DNA of 64,000 bases from an uncultured bacterium (GTDB lineage Bacteria; Abyssobacteria; SURF-5): positions 28,643 through 92,642 of the forward strand of contig CAZSKP010000005.1 of NCBI GenBank assembly GCA_964607485.1. Reading direction: 5' to 3'. The position numbers and the translations under genes were made by a program. Below, piece after piece: positions 1 through 9,854 of this stretch. The notes below the pieces were generated by a model. The model was not told the origin of the DNA, did not search any database, and was given only the letters and a program-made list of their open reading frames with translations. The stretch's first letter is position 1. Each line of letters opens with the position of its first letter.

Positions 1-948
1 TTCTTGGCCCGGCTTGATCCAGGGAAGTTGGTATTCGTATATCTCCACGTGAACCCAGAGGCTGGAGAGGTCGGCGATTTTATAGAGGTTCATGCCTGCC
101 TTCGAGTACATGCCCTCGAGCGCCTCGTCCATCTTCTTCACGACGAGGCCCGACACGGGTGATACGACCGTGAGCGTCTTTGTTATCTCTCCCTTCTCTT
201 CGAGCCGCCGTATCTGCTCGTCGGTTATGTCCCAGTAGAGCAGGCGGCTGCGACTCGCCTCGACGAGCCTGTCGGCTCGGGCAATGGCGTCTGGGAACCC
301 GCTTTCCGCTATCTTGTCCCGAAATCTGAGCGCGTTGAGATATTCCTCCTGGGTGCTGACAAGGTCGGGGCTGTATATCTCGAACAGGGGTTCTCCCTTC
401 CTGACAGGCTGGCCGATATAATTGATATGGACCTTCTCCAGCCAGCCGTCGTATTTCGTGTTGACCCAGAAGATCTTGTCGTCGTTATAGTCGAGCGTCC
501 CGACCGTGCGCACTTCGACCCTCAGGTCGCCTCGTTTGACTGTGTCGGTGAGCACCCCGATGTTTTGCACCGTGGCCGGGTCGATCTTTATCGCGCCTTC
601 GGGGGCCTCGCCGGTCTCACCTGCGTATTTCGGAACCAAGTCCATGCCCATGGGGGATTTCCCCGGCTTATCCCTGATGTATGTCGGGTCCATAGGCGCG
701 TACCAGTACAATATCTTTCTTCCGCCGCTCTCCGCCTTTGGGGTGGCCGTCTCTTCCTGCGGCAGAATTGCCCGTTTCACTTTTTCAAACAGGCCCACCT
801 TAAGCGGATTGGCGATGATGAACAGCGTAAGCCCGATTCCCAGGACGAATACGACTATCCCGGTAATCGTCGTGCTCGCCTTGCCCGAATTGTCGAAGAC
901 CAAGGGTCGATTTCCTGCTATTTTCAGTAGTCTTCTTACCATCTTCAT
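1..948 (-). CDS. CusB-like RND efflux periplasmic adaptor subunit with heavy-metal-binding domain (3' end outside window)
   Basis: Manual translation from ATG 948: MKMVRRLLK...TM helix...RKILYWYAPMDPTYIRDKPGKSPMGMDLVPKY...IYEYQLPWIKPGQE. Open to position 1; absent from the ORF track because no stop lies in the window. Confidence 0.88.
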   Translation of the reverse strand, partial: MKMVRRLLKIAGNRPLVFDNSGKASTTITGIVVFVLGIGLTLFIIANPLKVGLFEKVKRAILPQEETATPKAESGGRKILYWYAPMDPTYIRDKPGKSPMGMDLVPKYAGETGEAPEGAIKIDPATVQNIGVLTDTVKRGDLRVEVRTVGTLDYNDDKIFWVNTKYDGWLEKVHINYIGQPVRKGEPLFEIYSPDLVSTQEEYLNALRFRDKIAESGFPDAIARADRLVEASRSRLLYWDITDEQIRRLEEKGEITKTLTVVSPVSGLVVKKMDEALEGMYSKAGMNLYKIADLSSLWVHVEIYEYQLPWIKPGQE

Positions 949-964
949 CCTCTCGCTATCCTGT

Positions 965-2473
965 TCATTTCTGCAGCGCCTGCTCGTCCGGGAAGGCCGT
1001 CCCGATTGCGCGCTCTATGTCCGCCAGGGCTTTCATGTAGTCCGACCTGAGCCTTGCATCGGCCAGCCGCACGCTCAGCAGGAACCGCTCGCTGTCTATC
1101 AGGTCGAGCGCGTTCAGTTGGCCCGTGGCGTAGGCGGCCTGGGTCGAGTCGAGCGCCTGCTCGGCCTGGGGGATAAGCACACCCCGGTACAGGGCTACCT
1201 GGTCGAATGTGGTCTCTGCCCTCAGAAAGCCGTCGCGGATGGAGAAGTCCATCGCGTTCTCGACTTTGTCGTAACCTCTCTCGCTGGCCAGCTTGATTTC
1301 CTTGGCCTCCCTCACGCCCGACATCAGCTTGCCTTCCCATAAGGGAATGTTGAAGCCGAGCATTATCGAATAGGCGTCGCGGCCGTTGTCTTCGGGCGGC
1401 ATGAGTTTTCCCGCGGCGTCTTTGCGGTCGTCGACGAATATGTAGTTGAACCCGACGGTGAAATCGGGAAAGTATTCCTTCTTCGCAAGCCGGATGGCCT
1501 GCTCGCCCTTCTCTATCATGTATCCCGCCGCCTTGAGCTCGTGCCGGTTCAGTCGTCCGGTCGCATAGAGACGCTCGAGGTCAATCTGCGCGCCGGGCAT
1601 CGAAAGTGCGGAGAGCGAGGGAATAGGCTCGTGCGGGGGGCGGTCCATGAGCGTATTTAGGTTTGCGGCGACGGTTTCTCTCTGTTGGCGGAGCAGGTAA
1701 AGGCGGTCGTCGTCTCTGGTAATCTCGGCCTGAATCTTTATGACCGCCTGTTGTATTCCCTTGCCCGTCGAGTAGCGCGTCTCTGCGACTTCCCCAAAGT
1801 GTTCGAGCAGTTCCTTGTCCTGCTCGGTGACTCGTATTGCCTCGTCCAGATAGGCCAAGTCGTAGTAGGCTCGCTTCACCCCGACGACGATTTCCCGTAT
1901 CTGCGCCTGGTATTGTTCAGCGGCGGCGAGGGCGTCTCTCAGCGCCATCTCCCCTCGGGCGTCCAGTTTTCCAACCCACGGAAATTTTTGCGATATCGAG
2001 AGGAGCGTGTCCTGAGGGCCGACGCGCGTTTCCGGCTTGTGGATGAACTGCGCAATGCTGAACATCGGGTCGGGAAGCGCGCTCACCTGGGGGATTCGCT
2101 GAAGCGCCGCGCGCCAGCCATGCTCCGATTCCCAGATCGCCGGGTTGGCGTAGATCGCGGTGTCGATATACTGCGAAAGGAGCGGGTCGTTGGAGAAATA
2201 AAACGCTCCGTATTCGCCCTTTTGGCCCGCTTCGTCGGTTCTCTGCGTGAGCGTTGACGAACTCGTGGGGGTTTCGTACGTTAGCCCCATGAAGTCCTCC
2301 GGCTTGTCCCACAGGCCGAGGCGGTCCTGATTCTCCGGAATGGACGGCCCCCGGTCGGCAAAAAGTCGCGTCTCGGCACCGGATAAATCCTGCGCACACA
2401 CAGCAACCGGAACGGACAAGAAAAAGGAAATCGCACATATAATCAAACCGGAAATTATCCCTGTCTTTCTCAT
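965..2473 (-). CDS. TolC/CusC-family outer membrane efflux protein
   Basis: Signal peptide MRKTGIISGLIICAISFFLSVPVAVCA; TolC-type helical repeats (ALPDPMFS, VKRAYYDLAY, AYATGQLNALDLIDSER); directly upstream of the CusB-like gene. Start set at ATG 2473 after a GGGG/AAAGG SD. Confidence 0.88.
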   Translation of the reverse strand: MRKTGIISGLIICAISFFLSVPVAVCAQDLSGAETRLFADRGPSIPENQDRLGLWDKPEDFMGLTYETPTSSSTLTQRTDEAGQKGEYGAFYFSNDPLLSQYIDTAIYANPAIWESEHGWRAALQRIPQVSALPDPMFSIAQFIHKPETRVGPQDTLLSISQKFPWVGKLDARGEMALRDALAAAEQYQAQIREIVVGVKRAYYDLAYLDEAIRVTEQDKELLEHFGEVAETRYSTGKGIQQAVIKIQAEITRDDDRLYLLRQQRETVAANLNTLMDRPPHEPIPSLSALSMPGAQIDLERLYATGRLNRHELKAAGYMIEKGEQAIRLAKKEYFPDFTVGFNYIFVDDRKDAAGKLMPPEDNGRDAYSIMLGFNIPLWEGKLMSGVREAKEIKLASERGYDKVENAMDFSIRDGFLRAETTFDQVALYRGVLIPQAEQALDSTQAAYATGQLNALDLIDSERFLLSVRLADARLRSDYMKALADIERAIGTAFPDEQALQK

Positions 2474-2867
2474 TTTCACAATGTCCCCTTTCCTGTCGCC
2501 TTCAGCAAGTCGTTGTTGTTCCGTAAACTGTAACATATCCGCTGTTTGGGGGCAATCTGTGCATCTCGTCCATACTCTTCTCTTTCTCGCTGACAAGAAA
2601 GGTCGCGTACAAAAAAACTCCTCGAGGTCCCTCACAATCGAACCTGCCGAGGCGCTTGTCAATTGAAAAGCAAGAGGGATGCCAGGAGCAAAAAGGAGCA
2701 GGCGCCGAAGTTGGTAGTTATTGGTATATAGGCACTTGCGTTTTCGGACAGCTAAGCGATGTGCTGGGAAAGTGTCTGTATTCTTTCACCCGGCTGTTTG
2801 TTTTCAATTATCCCGGTAAACGAGCAGTCGGTCGCCCTTCCGCCATCCGGTCCACGGGACATTTTGA

Positions 2868-2896
2868 TTGACCGTTCCCCCAAACATCAATATAAT
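2868..2896 (+). promoter_or_regulatory. sigma70 promoter for the FHA-GGDEF operon
   Basis: TTGACC-N17-TATAAT. Confidence 0.7.
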
Positions 2897-2964
2897 AAGC
2901 AGGAAGCCAGCGTACACACGCTGACAGCGCGACCCGACTCTCGTCCCCGTAAAGCGAGGCAGGG

Positions 2965-3888
2965 ATGAAAGATGACGACACGGTCCGGATCGATCCCGGC
3001 TCGTCGGAATATGCCCCCACGGACAAGGTCGGCCTTCTGCAGATAATTTGGGGAGGCGACATCGGCTGTGAGTATGAAGTCAAGCCGGGCAACAACATCA
3101 TCGGAAGACAAAAGGACTGCCAGATTCAGATTAACAACAAGTCCATCTCCCGCAGACACGCCCAGATAGTGTACAAGCCCGATGAACCGTCGGAGCAGCG
3201 GTATGTGATTTACGACCTGCAGAGCACCAACGGCACCAAGGTGAACAACGAAGTGACGGAACGGAGCATGCTCCGAGACGGCGACAGGGTTCAGTTCGGA
3301 AGCGTCGTATGCAAGTTCATGGAAATAGACTCGCTCGAGAAGAAATACATGATGGAGCTCAAGAAGCTGATAGAGTATGATAAACAGACCGACCTTCTTC
3401 AAATAAAGCCATTGTACCAGAGGCTGGAGAAGGCGCTGAGCGACGCCGAGCGTGCCGGTCAGCCGCTGTCGGTGCTCATGATGGACCTCGACGGTCTCAA
3501 GCAGATAAACGACAGACACGGTCACCTCGTGGGAACACACGTGATAGTCCAGATCGCGCGGCTCATCGGCGAAGAACTCTCGCCGTTGGGGGTCGCGGCC
3601 ATTTATGGCGGCGACGAGTTTCTGGGTTACCTTCCGAATACGAACAAGAAAGAGGCGCTTGAAAAGGCGGAACACCTTCGCGGGCTCGTGGACGCTCTCG
3701 GCTTTCCCGAAAAGAAAGTGCGGGAGCGCGTGACGATCAGCATCGGCGTCGCCGAGTATCCGCTCGACGCCTCGGAGATGATGCCGCTCGTTGCCAACGC
3801 CGACAGAGCACTTTACACGGCAAAGGCGACGGGAAAGAATTGCGTCGTCGCCTACGAGCCTTCCATGAGGGGAGATACAAAGGACTGA
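2965..3888 (+). CDS. FHA-domain GGDEF protein (diguanylate cyclase-like)
   Basis: FHA motifs IIGR, SISRRHA, DLQSTNGTKVN; GGDEF domain DLDGLKQINDRHGHLVG and IYGGDEF. Confidence 0.9.
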   Translation: MKDDDTVRIDPGSSEYAPTDKVGLLQIIWGGDIGCEYEVKPGNNIIGRQKDCQIQINNKSISRRHAQIVYKPDEPSEQRYVIYDLQSTNGTKVNNEVTERSMLRDGDRVQFGSVVCKFMEIDSLEKKYMMELKKLIEYDKQTDLLQIKPLYQRLEKALSDAERAGQPLSVLMMDLDGLKQINDRHGHLVGTHVIVQIARLIGEELSPLGVAAIYGGDEFLGYLPNTNKKEALEKAEHLRGLVDALGFPEKKVRERVTISIGVAEYPLDASEMMPLVANADRALYTAKATGKNCVVAYEPSMRGDTKD

Positions 3889-3920
3889 GTTCGGCCCCAT
3901 AGCACTGTCGGAGGAAAACG

Positions 3921-4709
3921 ATGGCGCCCCAGATCGAAGCGCTCATTGAGGAAGCCGCCGAAATAATCGCATCGGCGAACAAGGTGGTCGTCTTCACCGG
4001 CGCTGGTGTGAGCACCGAGTCGGGCATTCCCGACTTCCGCAGCCCGGGCGGCATCTGGACGAAGTACCAGCCGATAATGTTTCAGGATTTCATGGCCAGC
4101 GAAGAGATGCGCCGCGAATCGTGGCGTCGCGGCAAGGAAACCTACCACCTCTTTGCCGACGTGGAGCCCAACCCGGCGCATTACGCGGTAGTCGAGCTGG
4201 AGCGCATGGGGAAGATCGACTGCGTCATTACTCAGAACATAGACAACCTCCACCAGAAGGCGGGCAGCTCGCCCGAACTGGTCATAGAATTGCACGGCAC
4301 CGCGATGTACGTCGTCTGCCTGAGCTGCGGAAAGAGGTGGCCCAGGGCGGAGATTCAGGAATGGCTCGAAGCCGGCGTCGAGATTCCTCTTTGCGACGAG
4401 TGCGGCGGAATCATGAAATCGGCGACGGTCTCGTTCGGCCAGCCGATGCCCGAAAAGGAGACGCTTGAGGCGCAGATGCGCTCTCAGCAGGCGGAGGTGT
4501 TTATCGTCGTCGGCTCGTCGCTGGTCGTGTATCCCGCCGCTCACATGCCACTATTGGCGAAACAGAGCGGAACGAAACTCATCATAATAAATCTCGGAGA
4601 GACGCCCCTCGACATCTATGCCGACGTGCTGATTCGGGGCAAGGCGGGAGAAATGATGAAACGTCTCGTCGAGCGTGTCAAGGCTAAGGCGCGCTCGCAC
4701 GGCGTCTAG
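3921..4709 (+). CDS. NAD-dependent protein deacylase, sirtuin (CobB/Sir2) family
   Basis: TGAGVSTESGIPDFRS, TQNIDNLHQKAG, ELHG, Zn-ribbon CLSC/CDEC, GSSLVVYPAA. Confidence 0.95.
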   Translation: MAPQIEALIEEAAEIIASANKVVVFTGAGVSTESGIPDFRSPGGIWTKYQPIMFQDFMASEEMRRESWRRGKETYHLFADVEPNPAHYAVVELERMGKIDCVITQNIDNLHQKAGSSPELVIELHGTAMYVVCLSCGKRWPRAEIQEWLEAGVEIPLCDECGGIMKSATVSFGQPMPEKETLEAQMRSQQAEVFIVVGSSLVVYPAAHMPLLAKQSGTKLIIINLGETPLDIYADVLIRGKAGEMMKRLVERVKAKARSHGV

Positions 4710-4778
4710 GCGACCCATCCGATGGCTCGCTCTTCTCCGGGCGTCGCCGATGGACATTCCGATAGGGAACCGCTCACC

Positions 4779-5807
4779 ATGCCGGACAGGCCTGAGAAAA
4801 GGTTGCTCATCGCTCTCGCTCTGCTGCTGGCGACCATCGTCATCGGCACCGTCATGTACAAGCTACTCACCGCGAACCGGTACGACTGGTTGACCTGTTT
4901 TTACATGACGGTCATAACGCTCTCCACCGTCGGCTACGGCGAAGTAATCAACACGTCCCTTTTCCCGGGGGCCCGCTTGTTCACGAGCGTGCTCATACTG
5001 TTCGGGATGGGCATCCTGCTATACAGCGTGAGCACGGCCACGTCGATCATGGTGGAGATGGACCTGCGGGACGTGTTCAAGAGGAGGAAAATGAACAAGG
5101 ACATCAAGCAACTGCGCAGCCATTTTGTCGTGTGCGGAGCCGGAGCGACGGGCACGTGCATCGCACAAGAGCTGATGAAGACAGGCACAAAGTTTGTGGT
5201 CATCGACCGCGACCCCGAACGCCTCGAGGCGGCGTGCAAGCTCGGCGAGGTCTACTATATTCAGGGAGACGCCACCGATGACGAGGTGCTTGTCAAGGCG
5301 GGCATCGACCGCGCGTCGGGTCTGGCCGCCGCGCTCTCGACGGAAAAGGATAACCTATTCCTCACGCTCACCGCGCGTCAGCTTAATCCCTCCATCCGCA
5401 TCGTCGCGCGCGGGCTTGACGAGAGCGTGAACCGCAAGCTGCGCAAGGCGGGCGCCGACGCGGTCGTGTCTCCGACGTTCATCGGCGGACTCCGCATGGC
5501 CTCGGAGATGATACGGCCGACGGTCGTCTCGTTTCTGGATACGATGCTGAGGGATACATCGGGGACGATTCGTTTCGAGGAACTGCACATCACGCCCGGC
5601 TCGAAGTTCTTGAATCAGACCATCCAGGCCACGAAGATACGCGACGATTCGGATCTTCTCATTGTGGCATTGCGCAGGCCCGATTCGCCCAGCTTCACCT
5701 ACAATCCTCCGGCCGATACCGTGCTCACCGACGGCATGAAGCTGGTGGTTCTCGGCGAGTCCAAGCGGATTCATGAGCTCAGGGAACTCTCCCGGAGCGG
5801 TGTCTGA
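4779..5807 (+). CDS. Two-TM potassium channel with RCK (TrkA-N/TrkA-C) domains
   Basis: Selectivity filter TVGYGE; VVCGAGATG Rossmann motif; GDATDDEVL; C-terminal TrkA-C. Start set at ATG 4779. Confidence 0.92.
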   Translation: MPDRPEKRLLIALALLLATIVIGTVMYKLLTANRYDWLTCFYMTVITLSTVGYGEVINTSLFPGARLFTSVLILFGMGILLYSVSTATSIMVEMDLRDVFKRRKMNKDIKQLRSHFVVCGAGATGTCIAQELMKTGTKFVVIDRDPERLEAACKLGEVYYIQGDATDDEVLVKAGIDRASGLAAALSTEKDNLFLTLTARQLNPSIRIVARGLDESVNRKLRKAGADAVVSPTFIGGLRMASEMIRPTVVSFLDTMLRDTSGTIRFEELHITPGSKFLNQTIQATKIRDDSDLLIVALRRPDSPSFTYNPPADTVLTDGMKLVVLGESKRIHELRELSRSGV

Positions 5808-5855
5808 GGCCCGGCCGATGCGATTTTGCTCTGGGGGCAGGCGGTTTTGCGGATT

Positions 5856-5883
5856 GTAGGGGCGCAGCATGCTGCGCCCTTAC
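5856..5883. repeat. REP-like palindrome (GTAG class)
   Basis: GTAGGGGCGCAGCA-TGCTGCGCCCTTAC, a near-perfect palindrome between convergent genes. Confidence 0.65.
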
Positions 5884-5900
5884 AAGGGTTTGGCAGTTAC

Positions 5901-8348
5901 TCAGTGCTTGTTCGGCTTCGTCTCGCCGTCTCCGTAATATTCCTTCAGGCCCTTGGCGAGGGATTCGAGCCGGTCGGTGACGAGGCGGTTGAGGGTGCCT
6001 TTTGGATACTTGCCCGTCTTTGAGCGTCTGCCGCATTTCATTCCCGTGAGAAGCTCCAGCCCTTCCTCCACCGTCTTGACGGCGTATATGTGGAATTTGC
6101 GCTTGCGCACTGCATCGACGACCTCTCTGTTCAGCATGAGGTCGCCCACGTTGAGTTCCGGAATCAAAACTCCCTCGTCCCCCTTGAGCCCTTTGACCTT
6201 GGACACCTTGTAGAAGCCCTCGATCTTCTCGTTTACTCCGCCGATGGGCTGCACGTTGCCCTTCTGGTCGACCGAGCCCGTCACGGCGATGTTCTGTTTG
6301 ATGGGGACGCCCGCGAGGCTGGATATCAGCGCGTAGAGCTCGGTCGAGGACGCGCTGTCGCCGTCGACCTCTCCATAGGACTGCTCGAAGCATATGCTCG
6401 CGCTGAGCGTGAGCGGCTTGTCCTGCGCGTATTTAGACCGCAGGTATCCGCTCATGATGAGCACTCCTTTGTCGTGTGTGCTCCCGCTGAGCTTGGATTC
6501 GCGTTCTATGCTCACGATGCCCGCACGGCCCATTGACGTTTCGGCCGTTATGCGGACAGGCTTGCCGAACACGTGGTCGCCCGTGTGGTAAACCGCCAGG
6601 CCGTTGACCTGTCCCACCCTATTCCCCGCTGTTTCTATCCGAATGCGGCCATCGTCGATGAACTCCTTTATCAGCAGCTCGAGCTGGTTGACGCGTTCGA
6701 TGCGGTCATCTATGGCCTGCTCCACCTGCTTTGCGGACACGCATCTGACGCCCTCTTTCGCGGCGAGATAGCTTGCCTCTCGGACGACATCGGCCACCTC
6801 GCTGAAGCGGGTGGTCATCTTCTTCTGCCGGCCGGACTGTTCGACGCCGAATTCGACCAGAGACGCCATGCCCGTGGGGTCGAGGTGGAGGAGGCTCTCG
6901 CGATTGCACAGGCCGTTGACGAAGTTGACGTAGTCGCGGATGTGTTTGGGGGTTTTATTCATGTCGGGTACGAAATCCGACTTTATCTTGAACACCTTCC
7001 GGAAGTCCTCGTCCATGGCGTACAGGAGCCTGTAGAGATAGTAGTCGCCGACCATCACAACTTTGAGGTCGATCTGAATCGGCTCGGGCTTCATGCCGGA
7101 CACGGTGAAGAAGGGGTAGAATCCGCCGCTCGGAATCTCGACGACCCTGCTGATGAGCGCCCTCTTCAACGTCTTCCACACATACGGCTCCGTGAGTGCG
7201 TCCATGGCGTTGAAGACGAGATAGCCGCCGTCGGCCCGGAGGATGGAGCCTGCCTTTATCCTCATGTGGTTGGTCTCGGGTTCGCCCGTGCGCGAGAACG
7301 ACGTTTCTATCGTACCGAAAAGATTATGGAAAGTGGGCGAGTTCTCGATGATGATGGGCACGCCCTTTGTCTCGGAGTTGTCCACTATGACGTTTACCTG
7401 ATACTCGAGGAAGGGGTCCTCGATCCGGATTGCGGGAAGTCCCGGGGCCGGCGAGTACTCGACCGGACCTCTCTTGAATCTTTCTACGTCGCCAATGACG
7501 CTTTCCTTCACCTGGTCCAAATAAGCGCAAACCGTCTTATCATCGTATTTCGTCTTCAGGGCCTCTATGAAACCGTCCACGACAAACAACGCGTAATCGC
7601 GGTCCAGTTTTTCCAGCTTCGTCCGAACCTCTTTCTCGATTACCGCCGTGGACTTCATTTTCTCCTGCAACTCTTTTTCGTATTCGATGTATTTCTTCTT
7701 GAACTCCTCAAGGTTTACGTCCTTTATCTGGCCCGATTCGACCATTGCGACGTATTCATCGACTTGGACCGGCTTGCCATCGACGATCGGCGCGATGCCC
7801 GCCTTCGTGAGCGTGCCCATTTTCATCTGGATCAGGGTGAGGCCTTCCTTCTGGAGTCTTTCTTGGAAGGGCTTGAATATTTCCTCTTCTTTGTCCCTTA
7901 CCTTTGAGACGATTTCCTCGCGGCTCTCCTGGTAGCTGTCGCTCTCGAACGCCTTCGGGATGTTCGCCCCCAGCGAGGAGACGAGGTCTTCCATGTCCTT
8001 CTTGAATTCTTTGCCCTTTCCGGCCGGAAGCTCGATTTTGCAGGGCATGTCGGGTATCTTGAAGTTGTGCACGTAGCATTTATCGTTCGGGGGCGAGTTC
8101 GACACGTTCAACTTTTCCAGGATGAACCTCACGGTGGTCATCTTGCCCGTGCCGCTCAGGCCGGCCACGTACACATTGAAACCGGGACTGGATATGGAGA
8201 GGCCGGTTTCCATCGCCTTCAGCGCCTTCTCCTGGCCGACTATCTCCGGCTTTTCCTTGTGCTCGGCGGTCGTCTTGAACTGGAAGGTGCCGGGGTCACA
8301 TCGCCACCGGAGCTGCTCGGGCTTCAATTCCAAATTCTTCCTGGCCAT
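5901..8348 (-). CDS. Lon-family (S16) protease, LonC/AAA_32 type
   Basis: Walker A GLSGTGKMT; GGYLVFNAMDAL; GQVNGLAV; Ser-Lys dyad VDGDSAS and IGGVNEKIEGF. Start ATG 8348 with GGAGG SD. Confidence 0.9.
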   Translation of the reverse strand: MARKNLELKPEQLRWRCDPGTFQFKTTAEHKEKPEIVGQEKALKAMETGLSISSPGFNVYVAGLSGTGKMTTVRFILEKLNVSNSPPNDKCYVHNFKIPDMPCKIELPAGKGKEFKKDMEDLVSSLGANIPKAFESDSYQESREEIVSKVRDKEEEIFKPFQERLQKEGLTLIQMKMGTLTKAGIAPIVDGKPVQVDEYVAMVESGQIKDVNLEEFKKKYIEYEKELQEKMKSTAVIEKEVRTKLEKLDRDYALFVVDGFIEALKTKYDDKTVCAYLDQVKESVIGDVERFKRGPVEYSPAPGLPAIRIEDPFLEYQVNVIVDNSETKGVPIIIENSPTFHNLFGTIETSFSRTGEPETNHMRIKAGSILRADGGYLVFNAMDALTEPYVWKTLKRALISRVVEIPSGGFYPFFTVSGMKPEPIQIDLKVVMVGDYYLYRLLYAMDEDFRKVFKIKSDFVPDMNKTPKHIRDYVNFVNGLCNRESLLHLDPTGMASLVEFGVEQSGRQKKMTTRFSEVADVVREASYLAAKEGVRCVSAKQVEQAIDDRIERVNQLELLIKEFIDDGRIRIETAGNRVGQVNGLAVYHTGDHVFGKPVRITAETSMGRAGIVSIERESKLSGSTHDKGVLIMSGYLRSKYAQDKPLTLSASICFEQSYGEVDGDSASSTELYALISSLAGVPIKQNIAVTGSVDQKGNVQPIGGVNEKIEGFYKVSKVKGLKGDEGVLIPELNVGDLMLNREVVDAVRKRKFHIYAVKTVEEGLELLTGMKCGRRSKTGKYPKGTLNRLVTDRLESLAKGLKEYYGDGETKPNKH

Positions 8349-8527
8349 TTCTCGGACTTCCCTCCATAGATTTGTGCGAAGCGGGGAGAATTCCTGCGAA
8401 CGGAATCCTCGGGTGGTTTCCCCCGCTCGTACTGTCGAAACAACGGGCGATATTTCACTGGAAATCGGCGACTTCATTCTACTCAACCTCGCGAAGGCGA
8501 GTCAAGCCGGATGCCTGAAGGGCGTCT

Positions 8528-8556
8528 TTGACGCGGCCCCAGCCTTCTGGTAGAAT
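8528..8556 (+). promoter_or_regulatory. sigma70 promoter for the OYE gene
   Basis: TTGACG-N17-TAGAAT. Confidence 0.65.
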
Positions 8557-8610
8557 GACGCCGGCTGTGTTGTTTCCGCATGAGCACGAACCCGGAGGAC
8601 AAGCTGAAAA

Positions 8611-9738
8611 ATGATGGACGTTTTCGAACCGATAGAGATTAATGGCATGCGGCTTCCGAACCGCTTTGTTCGTTCCGCCACCTATGAGGGATTGGCCGCC
8701 GAGGACGGGCGAGTGACCGATGCGCTGCTCGCGTTGTACGGCGAACTCGCCCAAGGGGACATCGGCCTGATCGTCGTGGGCTACGCCTATGTTCAGCCCA
8801 ACGGAAAGGGCGCGCCGGGCATGCTGGGCATCTGGTCGGACGACCTCATCGAGGGACTCAGGCAGTTGACACATGCTGCCCACGAGCACGGCGCGAAGAT
8901 AGCGTCGCAGATCGTCCACTGCGGCCGCCAGACATTCCCCGCGCTCATCGACGGCCCGCCGGTTGCTCCCTCGGCCGTGCCCACGCGCAAGTTCGGCGCC
9001 ACGCCTCGCGAGCTTACGCCCTCCGACATCGAGGAGATCGTCGAGGACTTTGGCAGGGCGGCCTCGAGGGCAAAGACGGCCGGATTCGACGCGGTGCAGA
9101 TTCACTGCGCGCACGGCTACCTGCTGAATCAGTTTCTCGCCAGAAACTCGAACAGGCGGATCGACGAATACGGAGGCGGAATCGAGGGCCGCGCAAGGGC
9201 GCTGTTCGAGGTGTATTCTCGGATACGCGAGGCCGTCGGTAACGACTATCCGGTGCTCATCAAGTTGAACTGCGCCGACTTCGTCGAAGACGGACTCGAG
9301 CTTGAAGACTCCCTCTGGGTCGCGCGGAAGCTGGCTGAAATGGGAATCGACGCCATCGAGGTGAGCGGCGGCGTGTGGGACACGGTTGCCGACGAAGGCA
9401 AATCCATCCAGAAAGGGGTGCCACGCAGGCGGCCGGAGGGCTATTTCTTGAGCTACATCGAGAAGTTCACGCAGTCGGTTGACGTGCCCGTCATCGCAGT
9501 GGGCGGGATACGCACGCTCGAGACCGCCCGAAAAATAGTGAATGAGGGCACGGCCGATTTGGTCTCGATGTGCCGGCCGTTTATCCACGAGCCTCACCTG
9601 CTCAGGCGCTGGCGCGACGGCGACATCGCTTCCGCCCGATGCGTCTCGTGCAACCGCTGCCTCGCGCTGACGGCCGCCGAAGGTCTCAAGTGCTTCCGGA
9701 AAGAACGCCGGGAAAAAGCCGCCAACCGCCCAGCCTGA
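8611..9738 (+). CDS. NADH:flavin oxidoreductase (Old Yellow Enzyme family)
   Basis: PNRFVRSATYE; AGFDAVQIHCAHGYLLNQFL; RRIDEYGG; VIAVGGIR; C-terminal CVSCNRC. Confidence 0.93.
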   Translation: MMDVFEPIEINGMRLPNRFVRSATYEGLAAEDGRVTDALLALYGELAQGDIGLIVVGYAYVQPNGKGAPGMLGIWSDDLIEGLRQLTHAAHEHGAKIASQIVHCGRQTFPALIDGPPVAPSAVPTRKFGATPRELTPSDIEEIVEDFGRAASRAKTAGFDAVQIHCAHGYLLNQFLARNSNRRIDEYGGGIEGRARALFEVYSRIREAVGNDYPVLIKLNCADFVEDGLELEDSLWVARKLAEMGIDAIEVSGGVWDTVADEGKSIQKGVPRRRPEGYFLSYIEKFTQSVDVPVIAVGGIRTLETARKIVNEGTADLVSMCRPFIHEPHLLRRWRDGDIASARCVSCNRCLALTAAEGLKCFRKERREKAANRPA

Positions 9739-9773
9739 ATATTTCAGCTTGAAGGGCATCTCTTCCAAAGTGC

Positions 9774-9802
9774 TTGACCGAGCGCGATTTATGTAGTAGA
9801 AT
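9774..9802 (+). promoter_or_regulatory. sigma70 promoter for the first sigma54 activator
   Basis: TTGACC-N17-TAGAAT. Confidence 0.65.
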
Positions 9803-9854
9803 GAGAAGCGAGAACAATGATCCTCGGTCGAAATGAAGGCGCAGGACTCAGGCA

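Noticed and set aside
6573-7907. 444-aa plus-strand ORF (likewise 11971-13221, 44776-46026, 9789-10880, 2887-3900)
   Set aside because: All are antisense to well-supported genes and lack domain signatures
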